A stretch of 64,000 nucleotides of DNA from a virus (lineage: Duplodnaviria; Heunggongvirae; Uroviricota; Caudoviricetes), in IMG/VR virus record IMGVR_UViG_2576861193_000002. One strand, written 5' to 3'. Position numbers and translations under genes: made by a program. Positions 38,952 to 48,081 of this stretch are shown here, one piece after another. Position 1 is the stretch's first letter. Each line of letters begins with the position of its first letter. The notes beneath the pieces were generated by a model. That model was given only the letters and a program-made list of their open reading frames with translations. It ran no database searches and was not told where the DNA came from.

Positions 38952-39150
38952 TCAACATTTCTTCTTCCAGGTTAGCCGGACGTTTACGAAATACCCCGGC
39001 AAAAACCAGATCGTCGAGTAGGTCTTCACGCTTAAATAACCACTCTTTCATTATCACCCCGTCGTCACTGCGATACACGACGCCGTTTTTAAGAAAATAA
39101 AAAGTACTGGTGTTTGTCTGGAGGTATAGATCTTCGTAAACGTCCATGAT
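38899..39150 (-). CDS. hypothetical protein (Q-lysis island)
   Basis: Internal start MDVYEDLYLQ... of ORF 38899..39273. Confidence 0.4.
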   Translation of the reverse strand: MMDVYEDLYLQTNTSTFYFLKNGVVYRSDDGVIMKEWLFKREDLLDDLVFAGVFRKRPANLEEEMLIEVFQNENQGKLFPGER

Positions 39151-39151
39151 G

Positions 39152-39394
39152 TTAACCCTCGACCACTTCCAGCCCGCGCCCCTTGTCGCCAACGAAGTCG
39201 CCCAGGCTGAACGTATACGACCACGCCGGATTAATGTAGTGATCATCAGCGCCAGCGGCAATGAGGTCAGCACCGTTAATCATGCAAGTGACATTATCAC
39301 TATGAACGACGTCAACCACCTTACCAACAACCTGTTTCAATGACGGGTATCCGTGATCGTGCAAAAATTTGACTTTCATTAATCTGTCTCCCAA
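39152..39394 (-). CDS. hypothetical protein (Q-lysis island)
   Basis: 80 aa ORF. Confidence 0.4.
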   Translation of the reverse strand: MGDRLMKVKFLHDHGYPSLKQVVGKVVDVVHSDNVTCMINGADLIAAGADDHYINPAWSYTFSLGDFVGDKGRGLEVVEG

Positions 39395-39654
39395 CGTTCA
39401 ATACTGATTAAAAAATCCCGGATAGCGTGGCGCTCGTCGCGCGTTGGTTTGCGTTTCCGGTAGATCATGAAATCGAACCATGCTTTTTCCTGCTCAAAAT
39501 CCAGGTCGTAAGCAAGCGCCTCAATGTATCCGCATTCGTGATACTGGTACGCCACGCCAGCACGAACAAAAAAGCGGGTTTTATCCCGCTTGTGCTCATA
39601 GATACGCATATTTACCCCGTTATGCAGTTGTGTAGCTGTCAACCAGCTTTTCAT
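39379..39654 (-). CDS. hypothetical protein (Q-lysis island)
   Basis: 91 aa ORF. Confidence 0.4.
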   Translation of the reverse strand: MKSWLTATQLHNGVNMRIYEHKRDKTRFFVRAGVAYQYHECGYIEALAYDLDFEQEKAWFDFMIYRKRKPTRDERHAIRDFLISIERWETD

Positions 39655-39850
39655 CTTTCATTCTGGCAAGCTGTGCGATGTTCATCGTGTAGCCGCCATC
39701 AGAGAAAAGCAATTCGGCCGCAGCGCGACGAAAAGCAATATCATCATGGTTACGTGTCCATGTAGCGATCACAACGCGTTTCCCGTTAGTGGCGAACATA
39801 GACAATTCATTATCAACAACGTCGATAGCCTGCCAGATTTTTAATTCCAT
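39620..39850 (-). CDS. hypothetical protein (Q-lysis island)
   Basis: 76 aa ORF. Confidence 0.4.
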   Translation of the reverse strand: MELKIWQAIDVVDNELSMFATNGKRVVIATWTRNHDDIAFRRAAAELLFSDGGYTMNIAQLARMKDEKLVDSYTTA

Positions 39851-40206
39851 GATTTATCCCCGTAGATCTTGAATAGTTCGCGTTCTTCCAGATCTTCAAA
39901 TATCCCTATGTGCAGGTCACGCAGGCGGCGCATTGTGCGGAATCGTGGCCTGAACTCCTGGCTGCGTTTAATATACTTGCCACCAATTGAATAGATATGG
40001 CCGTATGAGTACCATCTATTCCCCACCCATATTTCATATTCCTTGCCTTCGTAATTGAATTTTATCGTTAGCTCGCCGACTTCAACTATTAACCCTTTGT
40101 CAATAATGTCATTGAGCATTTCGTCCCATTCTTTGAGGAATGGTTGTTGATAAAAACCAAAAAGCGTATTCACAGCATGGCAGAGGTAATCAATGATTAT
40201 TTGCAT
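39841..40206 (-). CDS. hypothetical protein (Q-lysis island)
   Basis: 121 aa ORF. Confidence 0.45.
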   Translation of the reverse strand: MQIIIDYLCHAVNTLFGFYQQPFLKEWDEMLNDIIDKGLIVEVGELTIKFNYEGKEYEIWVGNRWYSYGHIYSIGGKYIKRSQEFRPRFRTMRRLRDLHIGIFEDLEERELFKIYGDKSWN

Positions 40207-40210
40207 ATTG

Positions 40211-40423
40211 TCACCACATCATATAATAAACGTTCTCGTCAGCTAACATGTCAGCTACATCCTGCGTCATATGTCTGGCATTAAGGAAATAGTCATCACT
40301 ATGCCATTCCCTTACAAGCATGCGCGCCCATTTACGGCGCTGGCGCTTATTGCGTCGCAGATCATCAAAAGCCTTTAATGCTTTGTCATATGCCCTTACA
40401 AGGCGCTTACGGTTACTTTTCAT
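40211..40423 (-). CDS. hypothetical basic protein (Q-lysis island)
   Basis: Internal start of ORF 40211..40459; Arg/Lys-rich. Confidence 0.4.
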   Translation of the reverse strand: MKSNRKRLVRAYDKALKAFDDLRRNKRQRRKWARMLVREWHSDDYFLNARHMTQDVADMLADENVYYMMW

Positions 40424-40685
40424 CGCTATGATCCTGTAAACAGTCGTTATAGCCTTCAATGTATCCGGTTAATCCTGTATTACTTACTGACCATTCAGCC
40501 GAACGGCGTTTGATGGCCTTGTCCATAGTCATTTTGTCGCCTGGTCCGCCTGGCTCAATGTATTTTCTTAAATCCCTTGCTATCCACGCCCTTAATTGTT
40601 GCGTATCACCGCACAACCGCGCGGATAATGTCAGGTCATTAACCAGTTTTGCAAATAGATGTTCCTTTAATTTAGGCTTCATCAT
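40413..40685 (-). CDS. hypothetical protein translationally coupled to Q
   Basis: 90 aa; start overlaps Q stop. Confidence 0.45.
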   Translation of the reverse strand: MMKPKLKEHLFAKLVNDLTLSARLCGDTQQLRAWIARDLRKYIEPGGPGDKMTMDKAIKRRSAEWSVSNTGLTGYIEGYNDCLQDHSDEK

Positions 40686-41404
40686 TCACCCCGCGTCACT
40701 CGTTTAATTTCGTTGTCAGCCCGCGCCTCTTCTTTGAACAATTCGGCAATGGCGTCTTCATAGAAAGCCCGGTATTTCTTCCACCATGTTGATCGGCTTA
40801 CTGGAAAAACAAGCTGATTAACCGCCTGCCGAACAAGATCTACTGGGAAACGCGAGTACCCGCGCCCGCCGCAGTGCTGGCACGTTTTGAATACTGGCAT
40901 TTCCGCAGCTTCACTGGCTGCTTTATCCGGTACTTCGCCACGGCCCTTGCACTGTTTACAATGATTGAGAACTTTTCCATGCCCCTTGCATTTTTTGCAA
41001 AGGTGTTTTTCTCCGTAGTCGTCAAACGTAAATTTATATCCGCCGCACTCCATACAAGTTTTTTCCGTAGCGGCACTCTGGCAATAATCCCGAAACGCGA
41101 AAACGGCGACAAGAATAATGAGATCATTGCGTTGTGCCTCGTCCAGTTCCATAACGTATTTATAGTCTTTTGCCATAGCCTTTAAACGCTCTATAAGCAA
41201 AACTACGGCCTTATGTTTTTCGGCTTGTGATAGTTCCATCTTTCCCAGAAAAGCGCTATAACCAAGCTCTACGCGCGATTGCGCCATACCTGCGGCAGTT
41301 AGTGCATCCGTGGTATTAAGCGCATCCGGGGATGTGCCACGGCTTTCATCTGACAAACGCGGTGATTTTGGGAAGTGGAATTTAAGAATAGATTCCAGAT
41401 TCAT
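40682..41404 (-). CDS. antitermination protein Q (zinc-binding, 82/21-type)
   Basis: 240 aa; CxxC clusters (CMECGG, CKKCKGHG, CKQCKGRG, CQHCGGRG). Confidence 0.8.
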   Translation of the reverse strand: MNLESILKFHFPKSPRLSDESRGTSPDALNTTDALTAAGMAQSRVELGYSAFLGKMELSQAEKHKAVVLLIERLKAMAKDYKYVMELDEAQRNDLIILVAVFAFRDYCQSAATEKTCMECGGYKFTFDDYGEKHLCKKCKGHGKVLNHCKQCKGRGEVPDKAASEAAEMPVFKTCQHCGGRGYSRFPVDLVRQAVNQLVFPVSRSTWWKKYRAFYEDAIAELFKEEARADNEIKRVTRGE

Positions 41405-41586
41405 TATTTGCCCCCGTAACGAGCAATAAGGCGTTTACGATCAGAAATAGACTGGACTAACTTCCTCTCAAGCTCTTTCAATGCAAGCAATTCGCGCATA
41501 TGAAAAGCCTGGATTTGTCGGACTGTAGCTAAATCATGCTCGTCGCGCTGAATATCTATTTGCAGATCTTTAATTTCGTTTTTCAT
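41404..41586 (-). CDS. small coiled-coil hypothetical protein
   Basis: 60 aa ORF between rusA and Q. Confidence 0.4.
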   Translation of the reverse strand: MKNEIKDLQIDIQRDEHDLATVRQIQAFHMRELLALKELERKLVQSISDRKRLIARYGGK

Positions 41587-41990
41587 TGCTCACCCCACAT
41601 ATTCGTCGCGTATTCGTCAATATCCGGTAGCAGATCTCCGTGTTCGCGGATCTTAATAAACAAGCGTCCGCCTTTTACCTTCCGGCAGCGAACAATTTTT
41701 ATCGAGTCGATTTGCCCGTCATCCTCCCAGAATCCGGCATAAGTAAGGCTATCAAAAAGGCATTTAGGGATATTATCCAGATCTCTGATCCGGTTATCCG
41801 GCGGCGCGGCATAAATGGCGATTGCCAGTCGGCAAGGCAGGTTAATATTTAAATTTAATAGCTCGATGATGTCTCTTACTTGTTCCCTGTATTCTTTTCC
41901 AACCTTGCTGATATGGTGAAAACCTCGCGAATGTCGGTAATAGCGGTTATTCGATGGCGGGTAAGGTAGGCTAAATGTATATTCGTTCAT
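41583..41990 (-). CDS. rusA: Holliday junction resolvase RusA
   Basis: Internal start MNEYTFSLPYPPSNNRYYRHSRG...; RusA family signature. Confidence 0.8.
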   Translation of the reverse strand: MNEYTFSLPYPPSNNRYYRHSRGFHHISKVGKEYREQVRDIIELLNLNINLPCRLAIAIYAAPPDNRIRDLDNIPKCLFDSLTYAGFWEDDGQIDSIKIVRCRKVKGGRLFIKIREHGDLLPDIDEYATNMWGEQ

Positions 41991-42003
41991 GCTGCCTTTC
42001 TCC

Positions 42004-42480
42004 TTACTTCCCGTGATTTGGATGAAAACCATATTTAATTTCAGCTTCTTGTCTCGCTTTGATTGCGTCCTCCATTCTGTCGAATCTGCCTAAACTAATA
42101 CATTTATAATTTACCCAAATTTGCGAATGCCATTTCTTGCGCTCTTTATCCCAATAAACACCAATATAACCACTGGTATTGTTTTTGTTTTTTGGTCTAT
42201 TCTTCGCGTTCTCCTTGCCTAACACCAATCTAAAATTATTAAGCCTGTTATTGCTAGGGTCGTGATCCAAATGGTCTATCTCGTACCCTTCCTGGATCGG
42301 GCCGTTGTGCATTTCCCAAATAATACGGTGAGCTTTATACCATCTACCAAAAAGCCTAACGCGTATGCGACCAGTATCATTTGGACACCCAGCAATACTA
42401 CCGGCTTTCATTCTACCGCGTGACTTTTTCCATATCAGGTTAATACCATCGTAACAAAACCATTCGTGCCAGTTCATCAT
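42004..42480 (-). CDS. HNH homing endonuclease with AP2 domain
   Basis: EIDHLDHDPSNNRLNNFRLV; inserted between ninG and rusA. Confidence 0.8.
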   Translation of the reverse strand: MMNWHEWFCYDGINLIWKKSRGRMKAGSIAGCPNDTGRIRVRLFGRWYKAHRIIWEMHNGPIQEGYEIDHLDHDPSNNRLNNFRLVLGKENAKNRPKNKNNTSGYIGVYWDKERKKWHSQIWVNYKCISLGRFDRMEDAIKARQEAEIKYGFHPNHGK

Positions 42481-42495
42481 GCAATACACCCCCAA

Positions 42496-43110
42496 TCATG
42501 CGCATTGCGCTCTCTCCTTCCTTAATGTGTCTAATTTACGCTGATATATATTTATTATTTCTTTGCATTCTTCGATCGTCCATTTGTGAGTCTCGTTATT
42601 ATTTTCTAATGCCTCCACCCTTTCTAATCCTATTTTTTTTATTAAATTTATTCTGTATAACTCAACATTGCCGTCTAATACCTGATTGCAATGTCGGCAT
42701 TGTAGGTTTACGTTATCCTCGTTAAATCGAAGGTGTCCGGCTGCCGCTACTGTGCGCCAGTGTCCAGCATCAGCGCCGCATTGTTCGTAATAATAAGTCC
42801 CGCAAGATATACACGGCTGTCCTGCGTCACGCTCGCGTATATAAGCGTTAAAAACGTTTTGCGCCTGTTTAATCCAGTAGCTGCGCGGATTTAACTGCTT
42901 CCGCTTCCGGTTGCGTTCTTCCCGCTGGCTATCACGGTGTTTCTTCCGCTCCATAGCCTTCATAGCCTTTTCGCGATCGCGGCATAGCTGATCAAACTTC
43001 AGTTCTTCCAGACAATCATCGCTGCACCACGTTTGATTGTGATATTTAGGCTCAAAAAAAACGCCGCAGCACTTGCAACGGCGTTTTATGGGTTTTTTAG
43101 GGTTTTGCAT
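42496..43110 (-). CDS. ninG: NinG/Rap recombination protein
   Basis: Internal start MQNPKKPIKRRCKCCG...; PRSYWIKQAQ, CISCG, RTxAAA, NLQCRHCN resemble lambda NinG as recalled. Confidence 0.8.
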   Translation of the reverse strand: MQNPKKPIKRRCKCCGVFFEPKYHNQTWCSDDCLEELKFDQLCRDREKAMKAMERKKHRDSQREERNRKRKQLNPRSYWIKQAQNVFNAYIRERDAGQPCISCGTYYYEQCGADAGHWRTVAAAGHLRFNEDNVNLQCRHCNQVLDGNVELYRINLIKKIGLERVEALENNNETHKWTIEECKEIINIYQRKLDTLRKERAQCA

Positions 43111-43124
43111 AAAAACCACCCCGA

Positions 43125-43301
43125 TTATTTTTGATTTTCTGTTTCGTTCAGCCTTTCGGCGTGTCCGGCCCTTAGCCAATGATCTAAACATTCGTTGCAC
43201 TCGTTGCAGTCTCCTTTCTTCGTGCTGCATACATTGCACATTGCACGCATGACGCTCTCTCTTTCATAGTCGTCATGCCATTGGTAATTATCAAAAGGCA
43301 T
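43125..43301 (-). CDS. ninF: NinF-like small Cys-rich protein
   Basis: 58 aa MPFDNYQWHDDYERESVMRAMCNVC...; AGGAG-like RBS; below ORF-track cutoff. Confidence 0.45.
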   Translation of the reverse strand: MPFDNYQWHDDYERESVMRAMCNVCSTKKGDCNECNECLDHWLRAGHAERLNETENQK

Positions 43302-43379
43302 AATGCTCTCTCCTTTTCAGGTGATTTCTACGCATTTCAGCGCTGCCGGATTTTTAAAGAGCATCTTGCTTGTTTGAAG

Positions 43380-43458
43380 TATACAAAATGGATACATCAG
43401 AACAAGGTGAATAGCGCCATTATGTGATCCACATCACGCAATGACGCCATTTTGTAAA
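43380..43458. promoter_or_regulatory. intergenic regulatory region with TATACAAAATGG / CCATTTTGTAAA and TGTGATccacATCAC palindrome
   Basis: 12-mer shared with 24039, 24067, 50996. Confidence 0.4.
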
Positions 43459-43460
43459 TT

Positions 43461-44219
43461 TCAGTCCGGTAAAACGCGGTCATGGTTAGCCATGAATACA
43501 GCACGGGCAAAGCCGCGCGGAGTTAGTGAGCGTATCATCTTTGTTCGTTTCGTCCTGCCTCCTGTTTTCGCCCACCCAGGGTTATCACCAGAGTTAAGAT
43601 CCACAGGTCTGAAAAGCGGCTGTTTAAATCCGTTACCGCACCAAATACAAGTTTTCTTCGTGTACGCGTCTCGCGGCGGGTAAACATCAGGGAAAGCAGG
43701 ATGTTTGTCATCTTCAGGCAGGTAGCCACCGTAAGCGCACGGGTTGAAGATAAAATCAGGTTTACGCCATAGCGTTGACAGTGCGCCCACAGGATTTTCC
43801 ACCATCCACGGCACGTTGTGCATATCCGCCAGTTTTTCTACCAGTTTTGCGCTATTCGCCGCCTTCACCTGGAAGTCAGGATCTTTTTTCCGTTTATCAG
43901 CGAACCAGCGAGCGCCAGACACGGCGAGATCGTCGCACGGAGGCCACCCCATGATAATGTCAGGCTCTGGATAAACAGACAATTCAGGTGAGAACATTAC
44001 CAGGAAATGGCTGTCAATCCATACGTTAACGTATTCAATATTCGGATGAATGATTTTAACGCCTTCATAATCGCCGTGATTTGCGCCGTCATAGTTGAAG
44101 CAATAGCACTTATATCCTGCTTCCGCCCAATCTTTAACGGCGTACCCACTGCCGTCGTACAGCGACCAAACGACCCAATTTCTAAGCCAATTATTTAACC
44201 AATGTTTACCCCTTCTCAT
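43461..44219 (-). CDS. putative DNA cytosine-C5 methyltransferase-like protein
   Basis: 252 aa; LYDGSGY (motif I-like), GWPPC (PC motif), MVENPVGAL (ENV motif); short for a full enzyme. Confidence 0.5.
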   Translation of the reverse strand: MRRGKHWLNNWLRNWVVWSLYDGSGYAVKDWAEAGYKCYCFNYDGANHGDYEGVKIIHPNIEYVNVWIDSHFLVMFSPELSVYPEPDIIMGWPPCDDLAVSGARWFADKRKKDPDFQVKAANSAKLVEKLADMHNVPWMVENPVGALSTLWRKPDFIFNPCAYGGYLPEDDKHPAFPDVYPPRDAYTKKTCIWCGNGFKQPLFRPVDLNSGDNPGWAKTGGRTKRTKMIRSLTPRGFARAVFMANHDRVLPD

Positions 44220-44761
44220 TTTCTACCCTCAAACGTAAAATATCGGCGCATGATGATAGTGATCACCGTTACCGCCGCCATTTTTGAGATGAATTGCATT
44301 GCTGATATTTCCGGCATGAATGCCATAAACGATAGCGTCGGGAAAATTAACGCATCGCCAATGGCGGACGCTATATTTGCAGGCCAGCGCTTAGAATCGA
44401 AATCACCAGGCAAAACCAGGTAAACACCGCCAGAAATAAGCGCACCAGAAACAACAGCGACAAATGACGCAATTGCCACCATTCCCGCATCGTAATTTAT
44501 CATTACCGTTATTGCGCCAGCGGCGGCGCATGTTGTAGCAGACCACTTAAGACCGCCGTCATATAACAGAAAATCGCGGATCATCATATTGACACACACA
44601 GCGGCTACCGTGGTGATCGGAATTACCCACGGGCCGCAATGGTTAACAATAAGGTTGATGATCACGAAAACGGCGACATAAACACAGGCCAATAACCTGT
44701 CAATTGTCACCTTTTTCATTTGGGTCATACCTCTTATCGCGAATAGCTTCAGATCTGTCAA
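44216..44761 (-). CDS. integral membrane protein (5-6 TM)
   Basis: 181 aa hydrophobic. Confidence 0.5.
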   Translation of the reverse strand: MTDLKLFAIRGMTQMKKVTIDRLLACVYVAVFVIINLIVNHCGPWVIPITTVAAVCVNMMIRDFLLYDGGLKWSATTCAAAGAITVMINYDAGMVAIASFVAVVSGALISGGVYLVLPGDFDSKRWPANIASAIGDALIFPTLSFMAFMPEISAMQFISKMAAVTVITIIMRRYFTFEGRK

Positions 44762-45146
44762 AATTCAAATCAAGCCGAGTTGAAATACAACCACATTGAG
44801 GATTAAGAGCAGTGAACTGTTTTTTCTTTTGCTCTTCCTCATGATCGTTTAATATCTGCTCAGCTTTTAGTGCGCTGTAGCTAATCAAATCAACCAGACT
44901 ATCTGTTGGGTCGCTCCCATTGACCAAAATGGCCTCTAAACGCGCCTCCTTGAGACAAATCAACAGATCCCATACATCAAGTGGGGTTAAATTTGTCCCC
45001 TTTTTAGCGTTGTAAATAGTGGCTATTTTTGGCGCTGACTTTTCCTCTTTTCTGTCGTACCCGTTTTGTTTACCCCTTTGCTCTATTGTTTCCGCTGCAA
45101 GTCGTAATAAATCTGCCGCACTAGTCATTATCTTCACCTCTTGCAT
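44700..45146 (-). CDS. hypothetical protein
   Basis: 148 aa ORF. Confidence 0.4.
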   Translation of the reverse strand: MQEVKIMTSAADLLRLAAETIEQRGKQNGYDRKEEKSAPKIATIYNAKKGTNLTPLDVWDLLICLKEARLEAILVNGSDPTDSLVDLISYSALKAEQILNDHEEEQKKKQFTALNPQCGCISTRLDLNFDRSEAIRDKRYDPNEKGDN

Positions 45147-45660
45147 ATAGCTCTTTACGTGTTATCTGCGTGAAAATACATTCATGTCTGCACCGTGGAT
45201 GCCAGATCAAAAACAAGCTACCCTTATTGTTTCCGCTTGCTGGTTTCCCTGTCGCAGCATTGATAAACGCCAGCCGCCCGCGCGTGATTAATCGGCACTC
45301 GTTTGCCGTCTCCACGCCGTTCATGAACCAGCTAACAGAAATGTCAGCGGGCAATAACATTACGCAACCGATATGGTTTCTGCTGTGTTCAAGCGCCGCT
45401 TTATCAACGAATGGCCCCGGATTCGAATATGGCGGATTCATCCAGACATATTCGCCAGGCATTGCCACCGCTCCCCACGGATAATGCAGCGTGTCCATTT
45501 CTTCTGTTATATACCGAGGAACTAGCGCATTTTCCTTGTTTGCCGCCACGTCAGCGACAAATTCAAACTCGCGGTCCATTCCTCTGAAAACTGGTTTAGG
45601 CGTCTGCCATAGATCTTTAATTTCCTTAGGAGTGTGGCTGCCTCCAAAATCATTTTTCAT
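45121..45660 (-). CDS. DNA N6-adenine methyltransferase (phage Dam-type)
   Basis: 179 aa; NPPY motif (MNPPYS). Confidence 0.8.
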   Translation of the reverse strand: MKNDFGGSHTPKEIKDLWQTPKPVFRGMDREFEFVADVAANKENALVPRYITEEMDTLHYPWGAVAMPGEYVWMNPPYSNPGPFVDKAALEHSRNHIGCVMLLPADISVSWFMNGVETANECRLITRGRLAFINAATGKPASGNNKGSLFLIWHPRCRHECIFTQITRKELYARGEDND

Positions 45661-45669
45661 TACGCCCCC

Positions 45670-45960
45670 TTAGAAATAATCTTGTTCCGTCCCCCAACGG
45701 TTGTTTAAATACCCAACCAACCAGATAAAACGCTCAATGCTGATTAGCGGGGCAACCTTGCGATAATGCTTTTCTAATATCAGCCGCGTGGCTTTATCGC
45801 TGTAGCCGTTTCTTTCTACCTCCGCTTTGCAGGCAGAAAGCGCTGCTCGTGCGGCAGTTTTTACGGCGTTAAATTGCGGCTCTGACAGGTTGAATAAAGC
45901 CATTTTATAAATCATCAGTAGAATCAGCGAAAAAGAACCCAACAAATACACTAAAAGCAA
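45670..45960 (-). CDS. hypothetical protein
   Basis: 96 aa ORF; start ambiguous. Confidence 0.4.
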   Translation of the reverse strand: MLLVYLLGSFSLILLMIYKMALFNLSEPQFNAVKTAARAALSACKAEVERNGYSDKATRLILEKHYRKVAPLISIERFIWLVGYLNNRWGTEQDYF

Positions 45961-46147
45961 TAATGACCCTTAACATATAAAGCGCATCATCAGGTGATGG
46001 CATTTCTGGTAGTTCCCATGTAACAAAAGACACACCGCATAAAATTCCAATAAAAACAGTGGCTATACATGAAAATACGAAAAAAGAACAAAATAACCAG
46101 CCCACAATGAAGTCAATAAGTGCACGCATCATTTTAAACGTCCTCAA
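45905..46147 (-). CDS. small membrane protein
   Basis: 80 aa, two hydrophobic segments. Confidence 0.4.
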   Translation of the reverse strand: MRTFKMMRALIDFIVGWLFCSFFVFSCIATVFIGILCGVSFVTWELPEMPSPDDALYMLRVIIAFSVFVGFFFADSTDDL

Positions 46148-46337
46148 TCACACCGCCTTGCACGCGTTCATTAATGTCCCATGTGTGAGATTTGCATACT
46201 TCTTGATAATAGTGATCCGGCCTGCTGCCGAAATACCATTTACCACCCATATAAAAGTAAACGCCCGAAAAACTTCCGGGCGCTGCCTTTGTTGCTTCTT
46301 CTGGAATCTTCCAATCTTTATACTGTTTAAACTTCAT
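46134..46337 (-). CDS. hypothetical protein
   Basis: 67 aa ORF. Confidence 0.4.
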   Translation of the reverse strand: MKFKQYKDWKIPEEATKAAPGSFSGVYFYMGGKWYFGSRPDHYYQEVCKSHTWDINERVQGGVIEDV

Positions 46338-46518
46338 ACATTAACACCGCCTTTTTAAGTTCGCTTAATTCAAAGTGCATAAGACGAAAATGCTGTACAC
46401 CACCAACAATACTGACCTGATAAATATCACCAACGCAGTTATAGTAATAACAACCAAGTTGACCGATTCCGGCTAATTTAGCGTTATCCGGTATCATGTA
46501 TTCGCCAACCTTTTTCAT
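46327..46518 (-). CDS. hypothetical protein
   Basis: 63 aa ORF. Confidence 0.4.
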   Translation of the reverse strand: MKKVGEYMIPDNAKLAGIGQLGCYYYNCVGDIYQVSIVGGVQHFRLMHFELSELKKAVLMYEV

Positions 46519-46616
46519 AGATCACCTCATATGGTATTCAATAAACCACCTGATAAACAGGCATAAGGCAATAAAACCCCAGCAAATGCACATGAATAGT
46601 AGCGGATCGTCCATAG

Positions 46617-46925
46617 TTAAGCCTCGAATAATGCGTAGTCGAATTTGCCCAAATATCTTTCAAGACTGACTATCTCAATGCCATCAGAGCACCGCTTCCA
46701 CACAGACACCTGGTTTTCATTTTCCCGGAAGTGCATATTAGAAAGAACTTCATCGGCTGGATAGCTTTTCCCGGCGACGTAGGCATCGCTACCTACGCCG
46801 CCCTCAACGCAATAAAGCATTAATTCGCGAGCCATCTTGCTTTCCTCAGTGCTGTAAACCTTTGATTTCAGTTTACAAAACGGATACGCAATCACAACAC
46901 AAAATGTATATTTATGTGATCGCAA
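46617..46925 (-). CDS. hypothetical protein
   Basis: 102 aa ORF. Confidence 0.4.
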   Translation of the reverse strand: MRSHKYTFCVVIAYPFCKLKSKVYSTEESKMARELMLYCVEGGVGSDAYVAGKSYPADEVLSNMHFRENENQVSVWKRCSDGIEIVSLERYLGKFDYALFEA

Positions 46926-46933
46926 TCACGCTG

Positions 46934-47554
46934 TTAATGCAGTACACGTTTTTCCGGTTCCGGCATTGGCTGTGCGTTTTTCCGTGCATCATTAAGCACA
47001 GCGATAGCCGCCTGTACGCCTAAATCATTTGCACGCATATTATTTCCAACCATTTCGCCGTAAAACAATGGCATGATCGCCTTTACGTCTTCCTCTTTGT
47101 GACCTTCATCAATACACTTCTGCAATGCTTTAGCCTCAAATATTTCTTTCATTACGCTGCGCATAGAATACAATGCAACGCTACCCATATGATTTTCATC
47201 TAACGGGAAGATAACAGCGCTTCCGAACGCCAGCGGGTCAATTTCTTCCGGAACTGGTACGCGACCAAATTCCTCTTCCATTCGTTTTACGAAAGTAAGG
47301 CAGAAGACATAACGAGCTACAGCCGTTTTTTCTTCAGCGTTTAAAGACACATAATCGCGGATCGATGCGTCCATCATAATATCAACAATGTGTAACGCCA
47401 GATTCAAATCAGCGTCATACGCACCAGCATCCATATCTTTCAATACTTCGTGATAATCCTTCGTTTCCACTTCATGCAAACTTGCGTCTTCAGTGTAGCG
47501 AGTGATTAACATGCCTTCGCTGCCGAGTGAATAAGCTGTTTTGATGTCGTTCAT
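46934..47554 (-). CDS. hypothetical protein
   Basis: 206 aa ORF. Confidence 0.45.
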   Translation of the reverse strand: MNDIKTAYSLGSEGMLITRYTEDASLHEVETKDYHEVLKDMDAGAYDADLNLALHIVDIMMDASIRDYVSLNAEEKTAVARYVFCLTFVKRMEEEFGRVPVPEEIDPLAFGSAVIFPLDENHMGSVALYSMRSVMKEIFEAKALQKCIDEGHKEEDVKAIMPLFYGEMVGNNMRANDLGVQAAIAVLNDARKNAQPMPEPEKRVLH

Positions 47555-47567
47555 GATATTTATCCTT

Positions 47568-47900
47568 TTATAGTGGGGGATGCCATTTCATTTCAGTTTC
47601 TGGATTGAACGGGTTTCCTTCGCTTGAAAGGAATAAATCACGCGCCCGTTTTAGCTCTTCCTGGCTTATTTCAACTTCATCAATCTGACCGAACGATCCA
47701 GGCATCATCCGTTTTAAATCAGATAGCGGGCGCATAAGGCCGCAACCACGCAACAACATATCTAACGCGAACTGCCGCCGCCCTGCCGCATCATTAAAGC
47801 GCCGAGAATAAGGAACAACCACAATCCGGCGCTCGAACTCAATAAATAGCGATAGCTTGTTAGTTTCTGCATCATATGCTTTATGTAATTTAATTTTCAT
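47568..47900 (-). CDS. hypothetical protein
   Basis: 110 aa ORF. Confidence 0.45.
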   Translation of the reverse strand: MKIKLHKAYDAETNKLSLFIEFERRIVVVPYSRRFNDAAGRRQFALDMLLRGCGLMRPLSDLKRMMPGSFGQIDEVEISQEELKRARDLFLSSEGNPFNPETEMKWHPPL

Positions 47901-48081
47901 TTAACACCTCGACATATTGTTCAAGATGCCATTGACCCACCTCATCATCTTCCTCGTCAAATAATGTTACCTGGCCACCAGGCCCAAAAGAAAAGGCAGC
48001 TATGATAAATTTATACCCATACCACGTTCGGATCTTTTCGCCGCCTTTTAAATCTTTAACTTTTACCAATTTTATAGCCAT
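47890..48081 (-). CDS. hypothetical protein
   Basis: 63 aa ORF. Confidence 0.4.
   Translation of the reverse strand: MAIKLVKVKDLKGGEKIRTWYGYKFIIAAFSFGPGGQVTLFDEEDDEVGQWHLEQYVEVLNEN

Noticed and set aside
44216-44761. Membrane protein as a YhhQ/queuosine-precursor transporter linked to DNA modification
   Set aside because: No 7-deazaguanine pathway genes nearby and I cannot verify the family motifs; left as a generic membrane protein.
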